The position numbers were made by a program, and so were the translations under genes. The notes under the pieces are model-generated. The model searched no databases, was not told the DNA's origin, and saw only the letters and a list, made by a program, of their open reading frames with translations. Positions 1 through 8,732 of a stretch of DNA of 64,000 nucleotides are shown here, one piece after another (within the stretch, counting starts at the first letter, position 1; every line of letters begins with the position of its first letter). Source of the stretch: an uncultured delta proteobacterium (GTDB taxonomy: Bacteria > Desulfobacterota > Binatia > Binatales > Binataceae); the NCBI GenBank assembly GCA_963842085.1, contig CAWJET010000002.1:1024001-1088000 (forward strand). Reading direction: 5' to 3'.

Positions 1-189
1 ACAAGCCTAGACGTGACCTCGTCGTAAAGGACCCTAGGTCTTTCGCTGCCGCTCTGGCACGGCCCGCTTGCTTGAAGTGCCGCACTTCGCGACGTTGAAC
101 GGCCCGTCGCGGCGGTAGGATCGACGACTTAAAATCCTCTAGATGAGAGCCTTGCAAAGATCCTGGCCTGCCCCCCGATGCCCGTCAGA

Positions 190-1047
190 TCATAAGTAGA
201 GTCGGTCGTGGTTTTGGCCCTCTCGGGGCGGTTGCTGTTGCTGTCTTTTAAGCATGGCGAACTCGATTGGTGTCAATGCGCCGAGGCTGCTGTGTGGTCG
301 GAGGTGATTGTAGTCGTAACGCCACGCTTCGATGGTCTCGCGCGCTTCGGCCAGGGTGAGGAAAACGTGCTCGTTGAGGCATTCGTCGCGCAGCCGGCTG
401 TTGAACGATTCGACGAAAGTGTTCTGCACCGGCTTGCCGGGTTCGATGTAGTGCCACTCCAGTCGCCCGGTGGCCCAACGCAGCACTGCGCAGCTGGTGA
501 GCTCGGTCCCGTTGTCGCTAACCACCATCCGTGGCAGTGCGCGCTCAGCTGTTAGCCGGTCCAGTTCGCGCACCACGCGCACCCCGCCCAGTGAAGTGTC
601 CACCACCGTGGCCAGGCATTCGCGGCTGAAGTCGTCGACCACGCATAGGATGCGGAAGCGCCGCCCGTCGCTCAGTGCGTCGGCCACGAAGTCCAGTGAC
701 CACCGTTGGTTGATCGCGCCCGGTAGCGTCATCGGCGTCCTGGTTCCCAGCGCGCGCTTGCGCCCTCTGCGCCGGCGTACCATGAGCTTTTCCTCGCGGT
801 ACAACCGATAGAGCTTCTTGCGGTTCAGCACGTGACCTTCCCTCTCCAGCAGCCAGCCCAGGCGCCGATAGCCAAAACGTCTGCGCTCAGCGGCCAGCTC
901 GCGCAGCCGCTGCCGCAGCAGCGAATCGTCCGGCCGCCGCGGCCGATAGTGCATGCTCGAGCGATTGAGTCCGACCAGCCTGCATGCGCGCACCTGGCTC
1001 AGCCCGCGCTGCTCGACCAGTCGAGCAACCGCCGCCTTCCGCGCCAC
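190..1047 (-). CDS. IS3 transposase OrfB (DDE/rve catalytic domain)
   Basis: Motifs [37 protein letters not shown]; probably made as an OrfAB fusion by -1 frameshift. Confidence 0.95.
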   Translation of the reverse strand: MARKAAVARLVEQRGLSQVRACRLVGLNRSSMHYRPRRPDDSLLRQRLRELAAERRRFGYRRLGWLLEREGHVLNRKKLYRLYREEKLMVRRRRGRKRALGTRTPMTLPGAINQRWSLDFVADALSDGRRFRILCVVDDFSRECLATVVDTSLGGVRVVRELDRLTAERALPRMVVSDNGTELTSCAVLRWATGRLEWHYIEPGKPVQNTFVESFNSRLRDECLNEHVFLTLAEARETIEAWRYDYNHLRPHSSLGALTPIEFAMLKRQQQQPPREGQNHDRLYL

Positions 1048-1052
1048 AGGCT

Positions 1053-1319
1053 TCAGACGTTTTTTCCGAGCAGGTCCTTCAGCGCTGAGTTGTCCAGCAT
1101 TGCTTCGGCCAGCAGCTTCTTCAGCCGCCGGTTCTCATCCTCCAGCGACTTCAGGCGGCGCGCCTCGGATACGTCGAGCCCGCCGTACTTCGCTTTCCAC
1201 TTGTAAAAGGTCGCGCTTGAGATCCCGTGGCGGCGGCAAACCTCCTCGGTCTTCGCCCCCGCCTCATGTTCGCGCAGCACCCCGATGATCTGCTCCTCGC
1301 TGAATCGGCTGCCTTTCAT
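1053..1319 (-). CDS. IS3 transposase OrfA (HTH)
   Basis: [12 protein letters not shown]...[20 protein letters not shown]; ends in slippery GGAAAAAAC. Confidence 0.95.
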   Translation of the reverse strand: MKGSRFSEEQIIGVLREHEAGAKTEEVCRRHGISSATFYKWKAKYGGLDVSEARRLKSLEDENRRLKKLLAEAMLDNSALKDLLGKNV

Positions 1320-1453
1320 TGTCCGTCTCCTTTCAGTCGACGGACTCTACCTCAAAACTGCTGGGCGTTAGGGGGGCAGGCCAATCCGCGTATGACGCCT
1401 GCAACAGGAAGAATCCTAAGTCGCGCGCGTACAAAATCGCGCGCTGGATAAGG

Positions 1454-1830
1454 ACCCTCACCCTTCGGCAGGCTCAGGGCAGGCTCTTCGATCCTCTCCC
1501 TAGTAGGGCGAGGGGAAGATCACAAGCGGGATTCTTTGCTGCGCTCTAGAATGACACGGGAAAAGAACCTGAGAGCAACATGGGGTCGCGGGACCCTCAC
1601 CGCCGGCCGCGATGCGGCCGGCCGCCTCTCCCGTGAAGTAACGGGCGAGGTAAAGAAGGAACCGGGATTCTTCGCTTCCCTCTGAATGACACAAAGACGG
1701 AATCACACAAAAAGTGAGCATGCGGGCGTCGCGAACGATGCGAGCTAACCTAACCCCTGACCCCTGACCCCTTCCCGCGCGGGAAGGGGAACTGGATAAA
1801 AAATACTGGGTGCAGGGGTCACCCCTGCCG
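1454..1830. repeat. Cluster of REP-like palindromic elements
   Basis: GGGATTCTT.GCT.C.CTC..GAATGACA twice (1528-1556, 1662-1691); CCCCTTCCC-GCGC-GGGAAGGGG hairpin (~1768-1790); GGGTGCAGGGGTCACCCCTGC (1808-1828). Confidence 0.75.
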
Positions 1831-1902
1831 AAGGAAGTGTGAAACCCATCGCGGGTTTCACATTAGATGAAGTGATTTCCCCCTTTTCGCGTTCCTGATG
1901 CG

Positions 1903-3084
1903 CTAGCCCTTGGGCAGGCCCAGAACGCGCTCGCCTATGATGTTGTGCTGAATCTGATTGGTCCCGGCGTAGATCGTCGGCCCGCGCGCCGCCAGCATCC
2001 TGAACGACCACTTGCCCTTGTCCACCGCGAACGGCGCGTTGAATTCGAGCTGGCTGTACGGCCCCAGCAGCTCCATCGCGTACAGCGCGATCTTGAGCGC
2101 GAGCTCCGTGCCGCACAGCTTCATCATCGAGCCTTCCGGCCCCGGGGGCAGGCCCTTCAACTGGCGCGTCAACTGGCGATAGCCGGTGTATCTGAGCGCC
2201 AGCGCATCGGCGGCGAACTCCGCCACGCGCTGCCGCACGCTCGAATCGTCCCATGCGCTGCCGCCGTTGCGCGGGATGCGCCTGGCGAGCCTCGCCAACT
2301 CATGCACTTCGCCGAGGTAACCTTCGCCGCCGCCGCCACCGCGCTCGAACATCAGCGTGGTTATCGCGACCTGCCAGCCGTTGTTGCGCTCGCCGACGAT
2401 ATTTTTCTTCGGCACGCGCACATCCTCGAAGAAAACCTCGTTGAAGCCCTTGCCGCCCGTCATCTGCACCAGCGGACGCACGGTGATACCCGGACTGTGC
2501 ATGTCGATCAGCAGGTAGCTGATTCCCTTGTGCTTGGGCGCGTCGGGATCGGTGCGGACCAGCGCGAAGATCATGTCCGCATGCTGCGCCATCGAGGTCC
2601 ACACCTTCTGCCCGTTGACGACGAAGTCGTCGCCGTCGTCGACCGCGCGGGTCTGCACCGAGGCAAGATCGGAGCCCGAGCCGGGTTCCGAATATCCCTG
2701 GCACCAGACTTCCTCGCCCCTGAGAATTTTCGGAATGTGGTTGCGCTTCTGCTCCTCGGTTCCCCAATGCATCAGCGTGGGGCCGAGCAGGCTGATTCCC
2801 ATCCCGATGAACGGCTCCGTCAGCCCGAGCCGGCTCAACTCTTCCCGGTAGATCAGCCGCTGCATGACGGTGGCGCCGCGCCCGCCGTATTCCATCGGCC
2901 AGTTGACGGCGACCCAACCGCCCTCGTTGAGCTTCTTGTGCCACCGGACGCGCGCCTCCCAGTCGCCCTCGCCCTCTTCGGCCATCATATTGGCGGGCGG
3001 CGGTGCGTACTTCTTGTTGGCTTCGAGCCACGCGCGCAGTTCGCTGCGAAATGCCTCGTCTTCCGGCGTATAGTTGAAATCCAT
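1903..3084 (-). CDS. Acyl-CoA dehydrogenase
   Basis: WCQGYSEPGSGSDLAS, NGQKVWTS, FNEVFF, IYAGTNQIQHNII motifs. Confidence 0.95.
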   Translation of the reverse strand: MDFNYTPEDEAFRSELRAWLEANKKYAPPPANMMAEEGEGDWEARVRWHKKLNEGGWVAVNWPMEYGGRGATVMQRLIYREELSRLGLTEPFIGMGISLLGPTLMHWGTEEQKRNHIPKILRGEEVWCQGYSEPGSGSDLASVQTRAVDDGDDFVVNGQKVWTSMAQHADMIFALVRTDPDAPKHKGISYLLIDMHSPGITVRPLVQMTGGKGFNEVFFEDVRVPKKNIVGERNNGWQVAITTLMFERGGGGGEGYLGEVHELARLARRIPRNGGSAWDDSSVRQRVAEFAADALALRYTGYRQLTRQLKGLPPGPEGSMMKLCGTELALKIALYAMELLGPYSQLEFNAPFAVDKGKWSFRMLAARGPTIYAGTNQIQHNIIGERVLGLPKG

Positions 3085-3089
3085 AAAGA

Positions 3090-3193
3090 ACCTAACCCCT
3101 AACCCCTTCCCGCACGGGAAGGGGAACCGGAGAAATGGGGCTCATCTCCCATCCTATCCCCCTCGCCCCCTTTCCAGGTTGGAAAGGGGGAAC
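3090..3193. repeat. Composite of two REP hairpins (CCCCTTCCC..GGGAAGGGG and CCCCCTTTCC..GGAAAGGGGG)
   Basis: The same two-hairpin unit recurs at 31893-32370. Confidence 0.8.
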
Positions 3194-3219
3194 AGATGAA
3201 ACCCATTTCGGATCTTCAA

Positions 3220-4410
3220 TCATCCTTTGGGTAAGCCCAGGACACGCTCACCGATAATATTATGTTGAATCTGATTGCTGCCGGCAGCAATCGTGCCGCC
3301 GCGCGCCGCGAGCATCCGGAACGACCATTTGCCCTTGTCGAGCGCGAACGGCGCCTTGTACTCCATCTGGCTGTATGGCCCGAGCAGCTCCATCGCGAAC
3401 AACTGGATTCGCATGTTTAGTTCGGTGCCGCATAGCTTCATCATCGAGCCTTCCGGCCCCGGTGGCATCCCCTTGAGCCGCCGCGTGAGCTGCCGATAGC
3501 CGGTGTAGCGCAGGGCAGTCGCCTCGCAGGCAAACTCCGCGATTTTCTGCCGCACGCTCGCGTCGTCCCACGCCGACGCGCCGTTGCGCGCGAGCGATTT
3601 CGCCAGCGCTACCAGCTCGCGGACTTGCGTCATCCCGCCGCGATCGCCGCCCCCGCTCGAGCGCTCGAACATCAGCGTCGTGATCGCCACCTGCCAGCCC
3701 TGGTTCTTCTCGCCAACCAGGTTTTTCTTCGGCACGCGCACGTCTTCGAAGAAAACCTCGTTGAAGCCCTTGTTGCCGGTGATTTGCACCAGCGGACGCA
3801 CTGTCACGCCGGGGCTGTGCATATCGACCATCAGGTAGCTGATCCCCTTATGCTTGGGCGCGTCGGGATCCGTGCGCACGAGTAGAAAGATCCAGTCGGC
3901 GTGCTGCGCGATCGACGTCCACACTTTCTGCCCGTTGACGACGAAGTAGTCGCCGTCCTCGACCGCGCGGGTCTGCAACGACGCCAGGTCGGAGCCTGAG
4001 CCGGGCTCAGAATATCCTTGGCACCAGATTTCTTCCGCTTTCATGATCGGCGGGATAAAGCGCTGCTTCTGCTCCTCGGTCCCCCAATGCAACAACGTCG
4101 GCCCGAACAGGCTGATACCCATCCCGATCATCGGCGCCGAGACGCCCGCCCGCGCGAGTTCCTCGTTATAGACGATGTTCTGCAGGATTCCCGCGCCGCG
4201 TCCGCCGTATTGCGTGGGCCAGCTCGGCGCGAGCCACCGGCCCTCGGCCATCTTCTTGGCCCAGCGCTTCTGCTCGTCGAACGCGCCTCGACCCTCGGCC
4301 ATTCCGATCGTGGTCTCGCCCATGCGCGGCGCGAACTGCTTGTTGGCGTTGAGCCACTCGCGAAACTCCATCCGGAACGTTTCGTCTTCGGGATTGAAAT
4401 TGAAATCCAT
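3220..4410 (-). CDS. Acyl-CoA dehydrogenase (paralog of 1903-3084)
   Basis: Start set at MDFNFNPED (ATG 4410) by comparison with the neighbouring paralog; same ACAD motifs. Confidence 0.95.
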   Translation of the reverse strand: MDFNFNPEDETFRMEFREWLNANKQFAPRMGETTIGMAEGRGAFDEQKRWAKKMAEGRWLAPSWPTQYGGRGAGILQNIVYNEELARAGVSAPMIGMGISLFGPTLLHWGTEEQKQRFIPPIMKAEEIWCQGYSEPGSGSDLASLQTRAVEDGDYFVVNGQKVWTSIAQHADWIFLLVRTDPDAPKHKGISYLMVDMHSPGVTVRPLVQITGNKGFNEVFFEDVRVPKKNLVGEKNQGWQVAITTLMFERSSGGGDRGGMTQVRELVALAKSLARNGASAWDDASVRQKIAEFACEATALRYTGYRQLTRRLKGMPPGPEGSMMKLCGTELNMRIQLFAMELLGPYSQMEYKAPFALDKGKWSFRMLAARGGTIAAGSNQIQHNIIGERVLGLPKG

Positions 4411-4671
4411 CGCGCAATTTCTCCTGGCACGGCTCGACCGCCTGTACCGGCTGTGACGATCAACGGTCAGCCCGCCGACCGCCGGGCGTATGTCACGCAT
4501 GAACTTAAAACATTCGCCTAGCACTCTGCAAAGGCAGGGGCCGGCCCCTGCACCCGGGTAAGAAAGATGTGACGGGCCCCTAACTGTCCGGTCGAGCTGA
4601 GGCACATACATGGCAGTGCATCTTGCAGCAATTGAAAAAACCGGAGGATGAGGGTTTACTGACTCAGCACG

Positions 4672-5961
4672 GTGCCCATTGTGACGATGCAGAGCGACGA
4701 TAAGCAGGGAAAAACACTCGCGATCCTGGTCGGCGGCGGTCCCGCGCCGGGAATCAACAGCGTGATCGCCGCGGCCGCCATTGAGGCGATCAAGTGCGGA
4801 CTCCGCGTCGTGGGCTTGCGTGACGGTTATCGGTGGCTCGTGGAGGGCGACACCGGGCACGTCGTCGAACTCGAACTCGAGGAGGTCAGCCGGATCCACT
4901 TCACCGGCGGTTCGATCCTGCGCACCTCGCGCACCAATCCGGCGCGCGACGAAGCGAGCCTGGGGCGGGTGATCGATGCGCTGACAGCGCTTGGCGTTCG
5001 CTACCTGATCTGTATCGGCGGCGACGACACCACGTACGGCGCGGCACGAATTGCCGAACGCACCAGAGGCAGGATTGGCATCGTGACGGTGCCCAAAACG
5101 ATCGACAACGATCTGCCCCTGCCTGAGAATGCGGCGACCTTCGGCTTCGAAACCGCTCGCGCTGTCGGCGCCGGAATCATCGAATCGCTGATGGAAGACG
5201 CCCGCACTACCAGCAGGTGGTATCTGACGATCTCGATGGGGCGGAAATCGGGATCGCTCGCGCTCAGTATGTGCAAGTCAGCCGGCGCCACGCTGGCGGT
5301 GATTCCCGAGGAATTTCCAGGCGAGAAGTTTGACCTCGCGCTGGTCGTGGACACTATCGTCGGCGCGATAATCAAGCGTCGAGCCGACGGCCACGACCAC
5401 GGCGTCGCGGTCATCGCCGAAGGGATCGCGGAGCGCATGGACGTTGGCACCCTGGCTTCGGCGCCGGGCTCGCAGGCTGACGCTTACGGCCACGTGCACA
5501 TCGCTGACATCCCGCTGGGTATTCTCTTGCGCGATCAGGTGCGTACGGCGCTCAAACAACTCGGCATCGATGCGACCGTGATCGCCAAGGACATCGGCTA
5601 CGAGTTGCGCTGCGCGAAGCCGTTGCCATTCGACATCGATTACACGCGAACGCTGGGCTACGGCGCGGTCCGCCACTTGTTAAGCGGTGGCTCCGGCGTG
5701 CTGATCGCCATCGCGGGCGGCCGCGTAACGCCGGTCAATTTCGAGCAACTGCTCGACCCGAACACAGGCCGGATTCGCGTGCGGACAGTGGATGTCTCCA
5801 CTGAATCATACCAGGTGGCGCGCTCTTACATGATTCGGCTCGAGCTCCAGGACTTCGAGGAGCCGATGCTGTCGAGGCTCGCCGAACACGCCAAGCTCTC
5901 GGCCGCCGCCTTCAAGGCGAGATTCCTGCCTTCGGTCGGCGCCGCGACTCATGGGAGCTGA
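4672..5961 (+). CDS. pfp: Pyrophosphate-dependent 6-phosphofructokinase
   Basis: GGGPAPGIN, GGDDT (Asp typical of PPi-type enzymes), PKTIDND, MGR, GYELR; start may be ATG 4687. Confidence 0.88.
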   Translation: MPIVTMQSDDKQGKTLAILVGGGPAPGINSVIAAAAIEAIKCGLRVVGLRDGYRWLVEGDTGHVVELELEEVSRIHFTGGSILRTSRTNPARDEASLGRVIDALTALGVRYLICIGGDDTTYGAARIAERTRGRIGIVTVPKTIDNDLPLPENAATFGFETARAVGAGIIESLMEDARTTSRWYLTISMGRKSGSLALSMCKSAGATLAVIPEEFPGEKFDLALVVDTIVGAIIKRRADGHDHGVAVIAEGIAERMDVGTLASAPGSQADAYGHVHIADIPLGILLRDQVRTALKQLGIDATVIAKDIGYELRCAKPLPFDIDYTRTLGYGAVRHLLSGGSGVLIAIAGGRVTPVNFEQLLDPNTGRIRVRTVDVSTESYQVARSYMIRLELQDFEEPMLSRLAEHAKLSAAAFKARFLPSVGAATHGS

Positions 5962-6201
5962 GACCGTCCGCCGGGCTGCCCGCATACGCCAAGCGGTCGG
6001 AAGAGTCGATCACCGCCGCGAGAAGCGCTTGCTCGTGGCATCGTGTCAATTTCGAATCAGGAGTTTTGGATTCTGAGCGAAAGCTGCGTGACCCCAGCCC
6101 GCTAAATCATACCCACGCCGCAGCTGAACAATCTCGCCCCGAATCTATGGACGGTTGACCAGCCCGCCTTCAGCACCGGCTTCGCAAAGATCGGAACGCG
6201 A

Positions 6202-6825
6202 ATGACGGTAATAAAGCTGGCGGGCGGCGGCCTGTTTCTCCATTCGCCGACCAAGCTTGATGACGAAACCAAACAGGCGCTCGACGCAATCGGCGAGGTT
6301 CGTGCTGTCGTAGCGCCCTCGCGAGCCCATCACCTGTTCGTCGGCGACTACATCAAGGCGTGGCCCAACGCGAAGCTGTACGGACCGCCCGGCCTCGTCG
6401 GCGACATCGCGGATTTCCGCGCCCGCCTCGGTGCGCGACGCGATCTGAAACTCGACGCGGTTTTAGGCGACGAGCCTCAATCCGAATGGGCGGGCGAGAT
6501 CGACCAGCATCTGTTCAAAGGCGCGCCGCAGTTGAACGAGGTGGTGTTTTTTCACCGGCCGACCCGCTCCGCGATTTTCACCGATCTCGTTTTCAATGTG
6601 CCGGCGGATTTCAAAGACGCCCGAGTCTTCTATACGATCGTCGGCGCCCGCGGGCGCTTCGGACCTCATCTCCTGATTCGCCTGGCAATTCGCGACCACA
6701 AAGCCGCGCGCGAGTCCGTCGCGAAAATCCTCGAGTGGGACTTCGATCGAGTGATCCTAACGCACGGCGACGTGCTCGAATCCGGCGGCAAAGCAAAATT
6801 CGCTCAAGCGTTCTCATACCTGTGA
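6202..6825 (+). CDS. DUF4336-family protein (metallo-beta-lactamase-like fold)
   Basis: RMTVIKL..GGLFLHSP, AP...HHLF, EVVFFH...FTDL, WDFDRVILTHG; the reading frame extends upstream to ~6106 without a canonical start. Confidence 0.75.
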   Translation: MTVIKLAGGGLFLHSPTKLDDETKQALDAIGEVRAVVAPSRAHHLFVGDYIKAWPNAKLYGPPGLVGDIADFRARLGARRDLKLDAVLGDEPQSEWAGEIDQHLFKGAPQLNEVVFFHRPTRSAIFTDLVFNVPADFKDARVFYTIVGARGRFGPHLLIRLAIRDHKAARESVAKILEWDFDRVILTHGDVLESGGKAKFAQAFSYL

Positions 6826-6889
6826 ACGCGGGCCTCGAACGGGCGCGTTTGACAACAGTTTGACGATTGCGGAAAGTCCTACTCCGAGC

Positions 6890-7180
6890 ATGGTTGTGAA
6901 TTTCAAGATCGATCTACCGGACGACCTCTTCGACGCCCAGTTCACCGAGTCCGACTTCGCCGCGCGCGTCCGCGAGCTCGCCATCCTCGAACTGGTGCGC
7001 GTCAAGCGCCTGCACGAGCACGAGGCCAAGCAGATGCTTGCGCTGGAACGCTTCGAGCTGGTCGAGCGGATGAAGGCCGCGGGGATCGCGCCCACCGAGG
7101 ACGTCTTCGCCGAAATCAAAGGCGAGCTCACCAAAGCGATTGACTCCAGGCGCCGCAAACCGGAAAAACCAAAAGGATAA
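6890..7180 (+). CDS. UPF0175-family small protein (putative antitoxin-like)
   Basis: Size and pattern [11 protein letters not shown]...EAKQML.LERFE. Confidence 0.6.
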   Translation: MVVNFKIDLPDDLFDAQFTESDFAARVRELAILELVRVKRLHEHEAKQMLALERFELVERMKAAGIAPTEDVFAEIKGELTKAIDSRRRKPEKPKG

Positions 7181-7184
7181 TCGC

Positions 7185-7568
7185 ATGCGCCTTTTGCACA
7201 CGATGCTCCGGGTCAACAACCTTGACGAGTCGCTCAAGTTCTACTGCGACAAACTCGGGATGAAACTCCTGCGCAAGCACGACTTCCCCGGCGGCGAGTT
7301 CACCCTCGCCTTCGTCGGCTACGGCGACGAGAAGGACAACGCGGTCATCGAGCTCACCTGGAATTGGGGCACCTCGAAGTACGAAATCGGCACCGCCTAC
7401 GGACACATCGCGCTCGGCGTCGACGACATCTACCAGACCTGCGCCGAGCTCAAGCAGAAAGGCGTCAACGTCGTGCGCGAGCCCGGCCCGATGAAGCACG
7501 GCACCACGCCCATCGCCTTCATCGAGGATCCCAACGGCTACAAGATCGAATTGATACAACAAAGGTAG
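7185..7568 (+). CDS. gloA: Lactoylglutathione lyase (glyoxalase I)
   Basis: [45 protein letters not shown]. Confidence 0.95.
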   Translation: MRLLHTMLRVNNLDESLKFYCDKLGMKLLRKHDFPGGEFTLAFVGYGDEKDNAVIELTWNWGTSKYEIGTAYGHIALGVDDIYQTCAELKQKGVNVVREPGPMKHGTTPIAFIEDPNGYKIELIQQR

Positions 7569-7615
7569 GCGCCGGCGGGTCCGTTCCCTCGCGCGTTCTG
7601 AAAGGTTCATTTGCG

Positions 7616-8644
7616 ATGAAAGCAGCAGTGTTCAGGAAAAGAGATGAGATGGCCGTCGTCGACCTGCCCGAACCCGTCGCCGGCGCCGGCGAGGTCGTGC
7701 TCAAGGTGCACAATTGCGGAATTTGCGGATCCGATCTGCACGCCGTCCAGTACGGAATCGGGATGCCGCCCGACACCGTGATGGGCCATGAATTCTGCGG
7801 CGAGATTCATTCGCTGGGCCCCGGCGTTAACGGCTACCAGCTCGGCGAGCGAGTCACCTCGCTGCCGTACTTCGCATGCGGCGTATGCTCATGGTGCAAG
7901 CGCGACGACGCGATGCACTGCTCGAAGCTCCGCAGCCTCGGTCTCGGCCAGCTCCCCGGTGCTTACGCCGAGTTCGTCGCATGCAGCGCCGCCAGCCTGC
8001 TCAAGCTGCCCGCCAACGTCAGCTCCCGCGCCGGCGCGCTCGTCGAGCCGCTTTCGGTCGGCCTTCATGGCGTGAACCACGCGTCGCTCGAACCGGGAAT
8101 GGGAGTAGTCGTGATGGGCGCGGGACCGATCGGCCTTTCGACCCTCATATGGGCCAAGGCCAAGGGCGCCAGCGCGGTCGTTGTGTCAGAGCTTGCGCCC
8201 GGCCGCACCGCGCTTGCGATGAAACTAGGCGCCAGCGCGGTCGTCAACCCGACCAGGGACGATCCCGCCGGCGCGGTCAATGCAATCACCGGACGCCCGC
8301 CCGAAGTCGTCTTCGAATGTATCGGCGTCAAGTCCACGCTCGGCACCGCCATCAGCATGGTCGGGCGTCACGGTCAAGTCGTCGTCATCGGCGTCTGCAT
8401 GGAGGCCGACAGCATCTACCCGCTGAGCTGCGTGATGAAAGAAGTGCGAATCGATTTCGCGCTCGCGTACACCCGCCGCGAATTCCAGCAGACCATCGAC
8501 GCGCTCTCCAACGGCGCTATCGACGCAACGCCAATGATCACCGACGTCATCAACGTCGACCAGGTGCCCGACATGTTCACCGCCCTGAAGCACCCCGGCA
8601 CCCGCGCCAAGGTGATGGTCGAATTCCCGCATTGCGGAAATTAG
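7616..8644 (+). CDS. Zn-dependent alcohol dehydrogenase (MDR family)
   Basis: CGICGSDLH, GHE, structural-Zn CxxCxxC...C, GAGPIG. Confidence 0.92.
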   Translation: MKAAVFRKRDEMAVVDLPEPVAGAGEVVLKVHNCGICGSDLHAVQYGIGMPPDTVMGHEFCGEIHSLGPGVNGYQLGERVTSLPYFACGVCSWCKRDDAMHCSKLRSLGLGQLPGAYAEFVACSAASLLKLPANVSSRAGALVEPLSVGLHGVNHASLEPGMGVVVMGAGPIGLSTLIWAKAKGASAVVVSELAPGRTALAMKLGASAVVNPTRDDPAGAVNAITGRPPEVVFECIGVKSTLGTAISMVGRHGQVVVIGVCMEADSIYPLSCVMKEVRIDFALAYTRREFQQTIDALSNGAIDATPMITDVINVDQVPDMFTALKHPGTRAKVMVEFPHCGN

Positions 8645-8673
8645 GCGGAACTCCCCGCGCGCCGACGAAATAG

Positions 8674-8704
8674 AAAAAGGCCGGATGACGATGCGTCCGG
8701 CCTT
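8674..8704 (-). terminator. Intrinsic terminator downstream of hppA (between convergent genes)
   Basis: AAGGCCGGACG-loop-CATCCGGCCTTTTT on the minus strand. Confidence 0.7.
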
Positions 8705-8732
8705 CGTAAAATCGCCAGGCGTGAAAGCCCAC

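Larger units (their letters stand above)
164..1383 (-). mobile_element. IS3-family (IS407-group-like) insertion sequence, apparently intact, 1220 bp
   Basis: Terminal inverted repeats TGGCCTGCCCCCC at 164-176 and 1371-1383; 4-bp direct repeat ATCC at 160-163 and 1384-1387; contains orfA and orfB. Confidence 0.95.

Noticed and set aside
1-163. Gene interrupted by the IS3 element
   Set aside because: The plus-strand frames contain stops and no recognisable protein; the minus strand was not fully resolved
4411-4899. Long N-terminal extension of the second acyl-CoA dehydrogenase
   Set aside because: Overlaps pfp on the opposite strand; the paralog shows the real start at MDFNF
6890-7180. Complete toxin-antitoxin pair
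   Set aside because: No PIN or other toxin gene adjacent; the neighbours are a DUF4336 gene and gloA
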